Assembly: GCA_049472215.1 (NCBI GenBank)
Contig: JBLIRH010000006.1
Location: 1,068-65,067 of the forward strand
DNA length: 64,000 nucleotides
Origin: Thermoplasmatota archaeon
Lineage (GTDB): Archaea > Thermoplasmatota > Penumbrarchaeia > Penumbrarchaeales > Penumbrarchaeaceae
Direction: 5' to 3'
The notes under the pieces were generated by a model. It had not been told where the DNA came from, searched no databases, and saw only the letters and a list, made by a program, of their open reading frames with translations. The position numbers were made by a program, and so were the translations under genes. Shown here in pieces: positions 39,462 to 48,553 of the stretch; position 1 is the stretch's first letter; every line of letters begins with the position of its first letter.

Positions 39462-41339
39462 CTAGAGGAACGTCAGGATTTCACCGACCATTTCCTCCGG
39501 AACCTCCTTCCCCAGGAGGAGCTTCTGGTCCCTCTTTATCGTGTGAACAAGGACCTCCGTCCCCGGCACGGCCTCTCCCCCTCTTGATTCTATCGCCGAA
39601 AGGAAGGGGGTCCATAAAGATGACCGGACCATGTCTATACCGAGTGAAGGTTCCATTCCCCTTACCATGTCCGCAACGGTAAGACCCTCGTCTCCCCTGC
39701 CGAAGGAGAGTTCGGCCGGCAGTGTATTGATTATGATATCGAAACGCTTTCCTCCCTTTCCCAGGTCGTGATAGGTTGTCGCCTCGATCATCTCGCCGAT
39801 GGAGGAGACGACCTCAAGCGTCCTTTCCATCGTGGACCCGGATATCGTTGTCCTTGCTCCCAGAATGCTGGAGGCAAGAGCGGCTGATTTTCCGCTTACG
39901 CCGCAGCCCAGGACGAGGATACTGCTCCCACCTGGATCCGAATGCTCCTTGAGGACGTCCATTGTAGCATAGAGCTCGGTATTGTACCCGTAAAGTTTGC
40001 CACTTTTACCTACTGCCAGGTTAAGGGCCCCTATCCTTTTGGAGTTGCCGTCCGTCCAGTCCATACTAGGCATGGTGTCTGTCATGAAGGGCATGTCGAT
40101 GACAACACCGTTGATCCCGAGGGTCCTTACCATTCTGAAGAACCTGTCAACCCCTCCCCTCGAAGTGTACCATGGAAGCACCATGGCATCTGTGTCCATC
40201 CTGTTGAATACACTGTTGTGGAGGGGGACCTTGTAATCGGCGTCACCCTGGCGTCCGATCTGTGCTATGATGGAGGTGTTCTCGTTGATCTCCCGCTTTA
40301 AGAGCGACCATTCCTTGGATGCGCCGTCCCCTATGATCCCGGTCCTCTTCCAGAAATCCATCGGAGCTTCGGATTTCATGCGGATCGGATCGCCGAACCT
40401 CATGTCGGTATCCGAACGCGGGTCGAGCAAGGCCAGGTCCGATCCGAGCGCCGGTGAGAGCCATCCGAGCTCGTCAAGCTCCGGCCCCCTTATCTTGATC
40501 ACTTTCAGCTTTCCCTTCAACGAATCCCTGACCAGTTTGGAAGCCCGAAGAACCCTCTGGAGGTCTCCCTTGTTCTCCACCGTCATCTCGAGTTTGTATC
40601 CATCCACGGTCTCGAGGATCTCGGCAGAAGGAGGTATCCAATTCTCGGTCCCTTTCTGATATTTGGTGAGCAGGACCTTTGTATTCGAAGTATGTGCTCT
40701 CTGGGCAATTTCCTTCAGCTCTATCAGCGGGATATCCTCCTCGAGCTCCAGCCATGCGAATCCCTGGGAGGCAAGGGTCATCAGCATCTCCAGCCTGACA
40801 AGCTCCGGAAGGAACCGTTCGTCCACCCGGCCTCCGAAACGACCCGGTGGAAGCGATGCGACGACGTTCCTCCTTGAAAAAGATGCGATCTGGACTATGT
40901 AGACGCCCATCCTCGCCTTTGACTCCGGCGTGTACCTTGGATTGAGACCGTCGAACCTGATGCCGATAAGATCAAGCCCCATCTTCCTCGCCATGTTGAA
41001 CTCCTGTCTGATGGAGTTCACACTGCTGTGCTCGAGCACGATCACGGACCAGGGAGGGAACGGGTTGGTCATCTCGCCTTCCTCTCGGATTATCCCGATT
41101 ATCCTGTCCTTGGTATAATAAGATTGGCGGTCGGTTTCCATACCGGGAAATCCGAGATAGAGGTATTCGTGGTTCGGAACTATTTTCAGCTCGGTGTTCG
41201 TGATGCCGATGTTTGAGATAAGGTCATCCGCCCTTTCGGTCATCTGTCCTTTCTCGTGCTGACCAGGGGTGAGAGGTGTTCTTGACCTGTACATGTACCG
41301 ACCCGTACCAAAATGGGTCTGTATACTAATTAAGTACAA
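39462..41339 (-). CDS. AroD-like / AroE-like fusion protein (3-dehydroquinate dehydratase-shikimate dehydrogenase fold), divergent
   Basis: The C-terminal half aligns by eye to AroE (PLHNSVFNRM, IGALNLAV..GKLYGYNTE, Rossmann ILVLGCGVSGKSAA, FDIIINTLP). The middle region resembles type I DHQase (LDLIGIRFDGL, GFAWLELEE, DGYKLEM). The true start is uncertain. Confidence 0.5.
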   Translation of the reverse strand: MYLISIQTHFGTGRYMYRSRTPLTPGQHEKGQMTERADDLISNIGITNTELKIVPNHEYLYLGFPGMETDRQSYYTKDRIIGIIREEGEMTNPFPPWSVIVLEHSSVNSIRQEFNMARKMGLDLIGIRFDGLNPRYTPESKARMGVYIVQIASFSRRNVVASLPPGRFGGRVDERFLPELVRLEMLMTLASQGFAWLELEEDIPLIELKEIAQRAHTSNTKVLLTKYQKGTENWIPPSAEILETVDGYKLEMTVENKGDLQRVLRASKLVRDSLKGKLKVIKIRGPELDELGWLSPALGSDLALLDPRSDTDMRFGDPIRMKSEAPMDFWKRTGIIGDGASKEWSLLKREINENTSIIAQIGRQGDADYKVPLHNSVFNRMDTDAMVLPWYTSRGGVDRFFRMVRTLGINGVVIDMPFMTDTMPSMDWTDGNSKRIGALNLAVGKSGKLYGYNTELYATMDVLKEHSDPGGSSILVLGCGVSGKSAALASSILGARTTISGSTMERTLEVVSSIGEMIEATTYHDLGKGGKRFDIIINTLPAELSFGRGDEGLTVADMVRGMEPSLGIDMVRSSLWTPFLSAIESRGGEAVPGTEVLVHTIKRDQKLLLGKEVPEEMVGEILTFL

Positions 41340-41375
41340 TGGGGAGGGCCTTGGGGGGTCCCAATGGATCTTTTC

Positions 41376-41720
41376 CTAACCACCCATGAGGGTGATTATC
41401 GCTTCCGCGGGTTCACCATCAGCCTTCTCCAGGGCTTTAATGGCTTCTTCCCGAGATACGCCCGCCTGGTCCATCACAAGCTGGATATCCTCCTCCGGGA
41501 TCTCGGCCTTCAGGACCTTCTCCGACACATTTCCCTGGACCTGGAAGTTCTTCTCACCCTGGACGTTCATGACCGTTACCTGTGGAGCCGATATGTGGAT
41601 CTCCTTGGTCTCGGTGTATATGACAACCTCCTTCACGCCCTCCAGTTCTTCCATGTTGAGACCCATCTTGCGCATCATCCGCTCCATCTGGCGCGGGTTC
41701 ATTCTCCCTCCGGGGAACAT
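41376..41720 (-). CDS. nac: Nascent polypeptide-associated complex protein (archaeal NAC alpha, NAC + UBA domains)
   Basis: MFPGGRMNPRQMERMMRKMG..., a NAC beta-barrel region and a C-terminal UBA-like SREEAIKALEKADGEPAEAI. The ORF track starts at 41741; I prefer M8 at 41720. Confidence 0.85.
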   Translation of the reverse strand: MFPGGRMNPRQMERMMRKMGLNMEELEGVKEVVIYTETKEIHISAPQVTVMNVQGEKNFQVQGNVSEKVLKAEIPEEDIQLVMDQAGVSREEAIKALEKADGEPAEAIITLMGG

Positions 41721-41730
41721 TCGATCGACC

Positions 41731-42165
41731 TCAGATATCACGGATCAGGAGCCATGACTGGTAGCCAGTCATGTTCCCTGTCGTATCGGTAACGAACTTC
41801 ATGGATTTGAAGACGGTGAGTTTGTTGTGGGTATTGGCGTCCACGTCGTACAGCTCGACAATTACCTTTCCAACGCCCCTTCTTTTCATCTTCTTCAGAA
41901 AATACTTTATGAAACCTTCGGGAAGGCGCATATCCCCCCATTCCGTGAAGGAAAAACCGTTGACCTTGACCTGGTTCCCGTCCACCTCGTATTCCATGCT
42001 TCCCAGTCTCTTCGAGGTATCGTAATCGTACATAGTGAGCGATCTGACCTCGCCGGTCGCAGTAGGCCTCACAAGCTTGCTCTCATAACCTACGGCTTTC
42101 CCGGCAAATAGGCCAGTCTTGATCTTTCCGTATTCATAATCGACCATCTGCAGCGGCCTCCCCAT
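41731..42165 (-). CDS. Hypothetical protein, possibly a minimal GNAT-like acetyltransferase
   Basis: 144 aa. RRGVGK matches GNAT motif A (R/Q-x-x-G-x-G/A), followed by VELYDVDANTHNKLTVFKSMKF (like the L.V...N..A...Y...GF pattern). The assignment is weak. Confidence 0.4.
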   Translation of the reverse strand: MGRPLQMVDYEYGKIKTGLFAGKAVGYESKLVRPTATGEVRSLTMYDYDTSKRLGSMEYEVDGNQVKVNGFSFTEWGDMRLPEGFIKYFLKKMKRRGVGKVIVELYDVDANTHNKLTVFKSMKFVTDTTGNMTGYQSWLLIRDI

Positions 42166-42494
42166 CGATCGGCGATTTTGGTTAATCCTGCTTTCTTTAT
42201 TAATACTTTGTTTAAGACCATTGAGGCCAGGTCCGGTATGGGATCAGGTCGATCACCGCATTTTGATGCAATTCGATCGGATGAAAGGTCTATCATGGAA
42301 TTTTCCAAAGGTCTGCTTCAGATCCAAACTCTGGTGTATACATGACCCGCCGGAGTTTATATATGTCGCTTCCCGAAAGGATAGCGGCCTCCAATTGCAT
42401 TAATCCCCTATCATATCATAATATATCGAAAATACCCAGAAAATGATCTCCAGTGGAAATGATGGTACAAAATATTTTTATATGAACACACCGA

Positions 42495-42920
42495 TTGGAT
42501 AATGCTTTCGGGACGGGATGCACATTGACCATATGCGGGGATATCAGTTGTAGTAAGTGCTGTCATGATAGGGAGGTTATTCTGACCCATCATGATATTG
42601 ACAGGCTTCTGACGATGGGTCATTACGAACAGACCTTCTCCAGACCCTCGAAATGGGGCCACAACCTGAAAGAGCTCATCTTCTACCAAGGGGAATGTAT
42701 TTTCCTGCAGAAGGGAAGATGCTCTGTGTACGCCAACCGGCCTACTTCCTGCCGGATCTTTCCCATAACCATGGGAGAAAGGGGGATGGAGATCGATCCG
42801 TCCTGCCCCCACGGGGAGGTCTTCAGCAGCGACCAGGTTTTCATGAGCGATGCCGGTAACGGTCTTCAGCGGATAATAGAGGATGTGGAGAGGACCATAT
42901 CTATCTCGCAGAAGGAATGA
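42495..42920 (+). CDS. YkgJ/UPF0153-family Cys-cluster (putative Fe-S or Zn) protein
   Basis: N-terminal CGDISCSKCC, and C-terminal GRCSVYANRPTSCRIFP, which is typical of the CxxCxxCC family. Confidence 0.6.
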   Translation: MDNAFGTGCTLTICGDISCSKCCHDREVILTHHDIDRLLTMGHYEQTFSRPSKWGHNLKELIFYQGECIFLQKGRCSVYANRPTSCRIFPITMGERGMEIDPSCPHGEVFSSDQVFMSDAGNGLQRIIEDVERTISISQKE

Positions 42921-42929
42921 AGAGATCTT

Positions 42930-44201
42930 TTATCCGGTCCTTCCTGCCTTCCTATCCATCAGCTTTTGCCTCTTCAGGTTGTACTCGGACCTTATACTGA
43001 ACAGGACGATCACAAGGATGATCGCTATAAGAGAATTGATGTTGAAAATGTAGAGATCGATCAATCCCTTCGAGAAGAAGCCCACAAAGGCCAGTATCAG
43101 AAGCACCGCCCAAGAACCCCCCTTCTTCATGTAATAACCGCCGAAGAAGAGTACAAGTGATATCACCATATATGACACAGCGATCGTATAGTTCGCCTTG
43201 ACGGACAGATCGTCGAACTCCGCCTCAATATCCGCTTCTGGAAGATAAACATCGACGGAAACGAAAGAGCCTTCCTCAACGATGATATCCTGAAAGACCA
43301 TATCCCTGTAGGACCGGCTGTATAACTCCAGTTTGTAGACGCCTGGAGGCAGAACGAACCTCATATCGTTCGGTGAGGCAAGGTCCATTGTATCCTCGAC
43401 CTCGCCAGTGAAAATGTCAAAGACGAAAAGAGTGACCGCATGATGGTCCTCGTAGTACGACATCGAAATGTTCAGACCTCCCGTTTCCCCTTCCCAGATC
43501 ACGCTTTCGTTCTTTGATACAAGCTCCAACATCTCACTCGTGATATCGATCTCTCCGGTTACCGGGTGGAACCCCGTGACGAAGGGCCCATTCTCCCAAA
43601 AAGAGACCTTGAAGCTCCCGCTTCCAGGTATGTCGATCACCACCGGTTCTGCATTGAGGGAGATCGATGACATCTCTCCGGTCCCGTTGGAATAGTACAG
43701 ATCACTGGCCCATGACAGACCACGAAAACTGGCATCGACCCTAACAGGGAGGGAGCTGTTCGAGTACAACTCGACCTCATGTTCCTCCAGTTCCCTCTTG
43801 AGCATGATATCATCCAAACCCGACTCTTCCAGTGAATAGGAGATGTTGTTGGCGCTGTTTTCGATATCATCCTCTATGTCAGCCAAGGGATAAGCCAGCC
43901 ATTTCATCGTGAACCTGACGAAACCTCCCTTGTAGAATTCAACGGTGATGAGGCCTTCATCGACCCCGTGAAGGGTCCATCTTCCATAGGCATCGGAGGT
44001 GGTCTCCCTGTCCCCGCATCTGACATTGACCCCTTCCAGAAGGATCTCGTCGGTGTCCCGTACCGTGCCAGTAAGAATGGTCCTTCCCTCCAGAGACTCA
44101 AGCTCGTACGTGACATAGAAGATGAACGCACCGAATACCAAGGTTGAAAGACCCAGTAAAAAGAACAATCCCATTGCGATCCTCTTCTTGGTTCTCATCA
44201 T
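42930..44201 (-). CDS. Membrane protein with a CarboxypepD_reg-like beta-sandwich ectodomain and C-terminal TM bundle
   Basis: 423 aa. N-terminal TM, then LTGTVRDTDEILLEGVNVRCGDRETTSDAYGRWTLHGV (a carboxypeptidase-regulatory-like motif). There are 3-4 C-terminal TM helices and a 4-nt overlap with the TraB gene. Confidence 0.6.
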   Translation of the reverse strand: MMRTKKRIAMGLFFLLGLSTLVFGAFIFYVTYELESLEGRTILTGTVRDTDEILLEGVNVRCGDRETTSDAYGRWTLHGVDEGLITVEFYKGGFVRFTMKWLAYPLADIEDDIENSANNISYSLEESGLDDIMLKRELEEHEVELYSNSSLPVRVDASFRGLSWASDLYYSNGTGEMSSISLNAEPVVIDIPGSGSFKVSFWENGPFVTGFHPVTGEIDITSEMLELVSKNESVIWEGETGGLNISMSYYEDHHAVTLFVFDIFTGEVEDTMDLASPNDMRFVLPPGVYKLELYSRSYRDMVFQDIIVEEGSFVSVDVYLPEADIEAEFDDLSVKANYTIAVSYMVISLVLFFGGYYMKKGGSWAVLLILAFVGFFSKGLIDLYIFNINSLIAIILVIVLFSIRSEYNLKRQKLMDRKAGRTG

Positions 44202-45016
44202 TGTTCCTCCTGGTCTCTCACTTCAATGGAAAAGGAGAACTGGACTTCGCTGTTAGCAACCTCTGTCTCGGCCCTCCGAACGATCACGGGCATCTTCAGT
44301 GTTCCGTCAGAGAGGCCCTTTGCGATCTCCTGTACTTCCTTGAGAGGGATGATCCGAAGACCCCGATGCTCCAGATATGCCGACATTCCCCTGATGTGAC
44401 CCTGGCCGACGACGGCGAGTACATTCTCGTGTTCATTCGAGATATCGATCAACCTCTTGGCCATATAACGGTCCCGGTAATCGACAATGTCCCGTTTTAG
44501 CGAGGGGAAGTACTTCTCGAACTGGTCCATGTATTCCTCGGGATTCTCCCCTATCTGCTTGATGCCCTCTTCGATCGTTCTCTTGGGGAGAAAGGATGCG
44601 CCGATGACGGAACCGAAGAGCTTCAATTTCTCGGTCACGGACAATTTCTGGAAGATGTTCATCACCATTGGTGATGCCTCTATATCGATGAAGTAGTGAG
44701 GGACACCGAGTTCTTGTGCGGCCTCGGCCGCTCCGAGCATCTCCTCACCAACCTTTGCTCCCTGTGTCTCGGCGGCCCTGTCGTAGATCTTCTGAAGCCG
44801 TCTGAAGAGGAATGGAGCATCTTCCTGGCCCCTCATGCCGTTCTCGAGAGCATCGAACCTGAGCCGGTCCAGTTCAAGACAGACAGCATCAGGGTCGCTT
44901 TTGAACACCAGGTATTTGACCGCTTCCTTTATGGAGAACACATGTCCTATCCCTATCAGCGTGATCATCGATTTCAGCTTTGGGAGAAGGGCGCCAATAT
45001 TTAATGATTGGCTCAA
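44198..45016 (-). CDS. TraB/GumN-family protein
   Basis: LIGIGHVFSIKEAVKYLVFKSDPDAVCLELDRLRFDAL matches the TraB N-terminal pattern (GTAHVS..S...V.....PD.V.VEL). The start is 7 nt after the dnaJ stop. Confidence 0.7.
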   Translation of the reverse strand: MSQSLNIGALLPKLKSMITLIGIGHVFSIKEAVKYLVFKSDPDAVCLELDRLRFDALENGMRGQEDAPFLFRRLQKIYDRAAETQGAKVGEEMLGAAEAAQELGVPHYFIDIEASPMVMNIFQKLSVTEKLKLFGSVIGASFLPKRTIEEGIKQIGENPEEYMDQFEKYFPSLKRDIVDYRDRYMAKRLIDISNEHENVLAVVGQGHIRGMSAYLEHRGLRIIPLKEVQEIAKGLSDGTLKMPVIVRRAETEVANSEVQFSFSIEVRDQEEQ

Positions 45017-45023
45017 TCAAAGG

Positions 45024-46073
45024 CTAAAGTCCGAGGTCGTTGAGGTCCTCCCCCATCTCCAGCGCGAACTTCTTCAGAGCTTTCTTTGCTCCGTCGGAGA
45101 TCTCCTCGGGGGGATCGATATAGACCACAACATACAGATCTCCGTGATCGCCTGTGACAGGATCGGGGAAGCCCTCGCTCTCGATCAAGAACTCCGTTCT
45201 GCTTTTGGTCATGGGCGGGATACGCAGGGTTCTCCTTCCCTCCAGGGTGAGCACCCTTTGCTTTCCACCGAACACTGACTTTGGCAGGGATATCGATTCC
45301 TCTATGTAGAGGTCGTTGTCCACACGCCTCATGTTCGATAGCTCCTCGACGTTGACCGTGATGAGGAGGTCTCCTCTTGGACCGTTGCCTAGACCGTATC
45401 CGCCCTTTCCATTAAGCTTTATTATCGCTCCATCCTCCACACCCGGGGGAAGCGAGATAACCACATTCTCAGTCCCGTTGATCAGCCCAACTCCGGAACA
45501 CCGCTGACAGAACTGCTGCATGAGTATCCCTCGGCCGTTGCAGGTAGTGCATACCACACGTTGATTGACATACCCCTGGGGGGTCTGAACAGGTTGAAGA
45601 AGTGCACCCGAACCCCTGCAGGTCGGACAGGCGGAAACTGGAGTGCCCGGAGCGGCTCCGGAACCTCCGCAGGACAGACATCTTATGGGCATCTTGACAT
45701 CGACGCCCTTTTTCACGCCGGTGAAGGATTCCTGAAAGGATATCTTCATTACGAGCTTAACATCGGAACCTCTCTGTGGTGCGAGTTGCGGTCCAGTATA
45801 CACAAATCCGGCGGCCTGCTGAGGTTGAGCTGAGTGAGCGGATGCTCCTCCACTGTTCCTCATGAGTTCAAGATCGTACTTCTCCCTCTTCAGAGGGTTG
45901 GATAGGACCTCGTAGGCCTCCTTGACCTTCTTGAACCTGTCAGCTGCACCTGAAGGATCATCCTTGTTCAGGTCTGGATGGAGGTTTTTTGCGAGTTTTC
46001 TATAGGCTTTCTTCACGTCATCCTGAGTGGCATCCTCTTCGATCTCGAGTATGACGTAATAATTATCTGCCAA
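45024..46073 (-). CDS. dnaJ: Chaperone DnaJ (type I/II, with zinc-finger domain)
   Basis: The J-domain is DYYVILEIEEDATQDDVKKAYRKLAKNLHPD. There are four CxxCxGxG repeats (CLSCGGSG, CPTCRGSG, CTTCNGRG, CQRCSGVG). Confidence 0.9.
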   Translation of the reverse strand: MADNYYVILEIEEDATQDDVKKAYRKLAKNLHPDLNKDDPSGAADRFKKVKEAYEVLSNPLKREKYDLELMRNSGGASAHSAQPQQAAGFVYTGPQLAPQRGSDVKLVMKISFQESFTGVKKGVDVKMPIRCLSCGGSGAAPGTPVSACPTCRGSGALLQPVQTPQGYVNQRVVCTTCNGRGILMQQFCQRCSGVGLINGTENVVISLPPGVEDGAIIKLNGKGGYGLGNGPRGDLLITVNVEELSNMRRVDNDLYIEESISLPKSVFGGKQRVLTLEGRRTLRIPPMTKSRTEFLIESEGFPDPVTGDHGDLYVVVYIDPPEEISDGAKKALKKFALEMGEDLNDLGL

Positions 46074-46145
46074 TAGACCACCTTTCAGAAGGGAATGCTC
46101 ATTATATCATTATCCTATTTTATTCTATCCAATCCCGTGGTGCGG

Positions 46146-46176
46146 AAAGAAAAAAAAAGGCCCCCAAAAGGGGGCC
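46146..46176 (-). terminator. Intrinsic-terminator-like hairpin plus T9 tract between dnaK and dnaJ
   Basis: The minus strand reads ggccccc-tttt-gggggcc followed by ttttttttt. It begins 11 nt after the dnaK stop. Confidence 0.55.
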
Positions 46177-46187
46177 AATTAAGAATA

Positions 46188-48365
46188 TCACTCAGTGACC
46201 CTTAGCTTCGCTCCGCAGCCAGGACACTCGACCCTTAAAGGTCTTTCCGGAGAGTCTATCTCAATCTCTTCGCCGCATTTGGGGCAGTCGATATACTCCG
46301 GCTCGTACTCCGGCTCTTTCTTTACCTTCTTCTTGGGTTTCTCCTCTTCCTCTTCATCCTTGGCCGGCTTTTTCTTTTTCTTGGGTTTCTCCTCCTCCTT
46401 CTCCGATTTCTTCTTCTTCTTCGGTTTCTCCTCCTCCTCCTCCTTTGTTTCCTTCTTCTTCTCCTCCTTAACCGGTTTCTTCTTCGGAGGGGAACCCTTG
46501 ATCGTTCCCTTTGCACCGCAGTGCGGGCAGGTGATCTTCAGCGGCCTCTTCGGAGAGGTTATCTTGATCGGTTTCTTGCACTTTGGACATTTGATGGTGA
46601 TGGGTTCATATCCCTCTTCATCCTCTCCGCTAACGCCAGAATAGGCATCCGCGAAAAGGCTCTGGGAATTCTCGGTTAGAACGTCAATGGCTTCCTTCAG
46701 CTCTTTGATGTTCTTACCCTCCATCTGAATTTTGAGCTCCTTGACGGCGGCCTTCGTATCCTTCATCTTCTTCTTATCGAGTTTCTCCTCGAGTTCCACC
46801 ATCGCCTTTTCGGTGGAGTAAACAAGAGCATCCGCCTGGTTCCGAAGTTCTGCAAGTTTCTTCTTCTTCTTGTCGATCTTCTCGTACTTCTCGGCATCCT
46901 CTATCATTCTTCCTACTTCGTCCTCGGTGACACCAGAAGATGGCTGGATCGTGATCTTCTGCTCCTTGCCGGTTGCAAGGTCTTTCGCAGAAACATTGAC
47001 GATACCATTCGCATCTATATCGAATGTTACCTCGATCTGAGGAACCCCCCGCGGAGCGGGTGGAATACCGATCAGATGGAACTTGCCAAGGGACTTATTA
47101 TCGGTTGCCATCTCTCTTTCTCCCTGGACAACATGGATCTCCACCGAGGTCTGGTTGTCCTGGGCTGTCGAAAATATCTGGTTCTTCCTGCATGGAATTG
47201 TAGTGTTCCTTGGGATCAGCTTCGAGGTCAGCCCGCCCACGGTCTCCACACCCAGGGACAGCGGCGTCACATCGAGAAGAAGAACGTCCTTGACCTCACC
47301 GGTTAGAACGCCTCCCTGAATTGCTGCTCCAACTGCAACACACTCATCAGGATTGATGCCCTTGTTCGGTGATTTCCCGAAGAACTCCTTGATGAAGTTC
47401 TGGACCGCAGGCGTCCTCGTCATTCCACCGACAAGCAGGATCTGCTGGATGTCCTTGGGCGTCAACCCGGAATCCTTCAATGCCCTTTTCGTGGGTCCCT
47501 TCGTCGCATCGATAAGGTCCTCGGTCAAGGATTCGAACTTCGCCCTGGTCAGGGTGTAATCGATATGCTTCGGGCCATCCTCATCTGCAGCAATATATGG
47601 GAGGTTGATGTTGGTATCCAGCCTCGATGATAGCTCGATCTTGGCTTTTTCGGCGGCTTCCTTCAACCTCTGCATGGCATTTCTATCCTCTCTCAGGGAT
47701 ATATCGGTCTCATCCTCGAACTTCTCGATGAGCCAATCCATGATCCTCGCATCGAAATCATCGCCGCCAAGGAGGTTATTTCCTGATGTTGCCTTGACCT
47801 CGAAAACACCTTCGCCGATATCGAGGATCGATACATCGAAAGTTCCACCTCCAAGATCGAAGACCAGGATCGTCTGCTCGATCTCCTGTTTGTCCAGTCC
47901 GTAGGCCAGAGATGCCGCGGTAGGTTCGTTGATGATCCTGAGAACATCGAGTCCGGCAATCCTCCCAGCATCCCTTGTGGCCTGCCTCTGGGGATCCTCA
48001 AAATAGGCAGGGACGGTGATGACCGCTTTGTCTATGTCCTCACCAAGATATTCCTCCGCGTCCTTCTTGAGCTTCCTGAGGATCATTGCGGAGATCTCCT
48101 GAGGTGTGTAGATCTTGTCATCCACCTTCACCTTGTATTTCGTTCCCATCTTCCTTTTTATGGATGAGATCGTTCTCTCTGGATTTGTAACGGCCTGCCT
48201 CTTTGCGACATGACCAACAAGTATTTCCCCATCCTCGGTAAAGGCCACCACCGAAGGCATTGTTCTCGTACCCTCAGCCGTCGGAATGACGACAGGTTCG
48301 CCACCCTCCAGTACGGCCATTGCAGAATAGGTTGTTCCAAGATCTATCCCGATAACCTTTGCCAT
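46188..48365 (-). CDS. dnaK: Chaperone DnaK (Hsp70) with a 146-aa C-terminal extension carrying two zinc ribbons and a Lys/Glu-rich spacer
   Basis: [26 protein letters not shown] and VGGMTRTP. The extension contains [25 protein letters not shown] ... KE-rich spacer ... [35 protein letters not shown] lies upstream. Confidence 0.95.
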   Translation of the reverse strand: MAKVIGIDLGTTYSAMAVLEGGEPVVIPTAEGTRTMPSVVAFTEDGEILVGHVAKRQAVTNPERTISSIKRKMGTKYKVKVDDKIYTPQEISAMILRKLKKDAEEYLGEDIDKAVITVPAYFEDPQRQATRDAGRIAGLDVLRIINEPTAASLAYGLDKQEIEQTILVFDLGGGTFDVSILDIGEGVFEVKATSGNNLLGGDDFDARIMDWLIEKFEDETDISLREDRNAMQRLKEAAEKAKIELSSRLDTNINLPYIAADEDGPKHIDYTLTRAKFESLTEDLIDATKGPTKRALKDSGLTPKDIQQILLVGGMTRTPAVQNFIKEFFGKSPNKGINPDECVAVGAAIQGGVLTGEVKDVLLLDVTPLSLGVETVGGLTSKLIPRNTTIPCRKNQIFSTAQDNQTSVEIHVVQGEREMATDNKSLGKFHLIGIPPAPRGVPQIEVTFDIDANGIVNVSAKDLATGKEQKITIQPSSGVTEDEVGRMIEDAEKYEKIDKKKKKLAELRNQADALVYSTEKAMVELEEKLDKKKMKDTKAAVKELKIQMEGKNIKELKEAIDVLTENSQSLFADAYSGVSGEDEEGYEPITIKCPKCKKPIKITSPKRPLKITCPHCGAKGTIKGSPPKKKPVKEEKKKETKEEEEEKPKKKKKSEKEEEKPKKKKKPAKDEEEEEKPKKKVKKEPEYEPEYIDCPKCGEEIEIDSPERPLRVECPGCGAKLRVTE

Positions 48366-48553
48366 GCTAAACCACCTCTTGATATGTCATGGATACGTCA
48401 TCCATAATTGACCAAATCTTTCCCGACTACTAGAATAGTCATTTGACAGATTCGTTTCAACATAACATAACTATTTATAAATTTCCCTTTTCATCTTATT
48501 GTTGGATAATATACTTTCATAATGCCAGATATTCATTTATTTTCGGATTCGTT

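Noticed and set aside
46195-46644. 149-aa plus-strand ORF and 64-aa Arg-rich minus-strand ORF (46322-46516) over the dnaK tail
   Set aside because: These are alternative-frame or antisense readings of the AAG/GAA-rich Lys/Glu spacer. The dnaK frame is continuous and encodes two well-formed ribbons.
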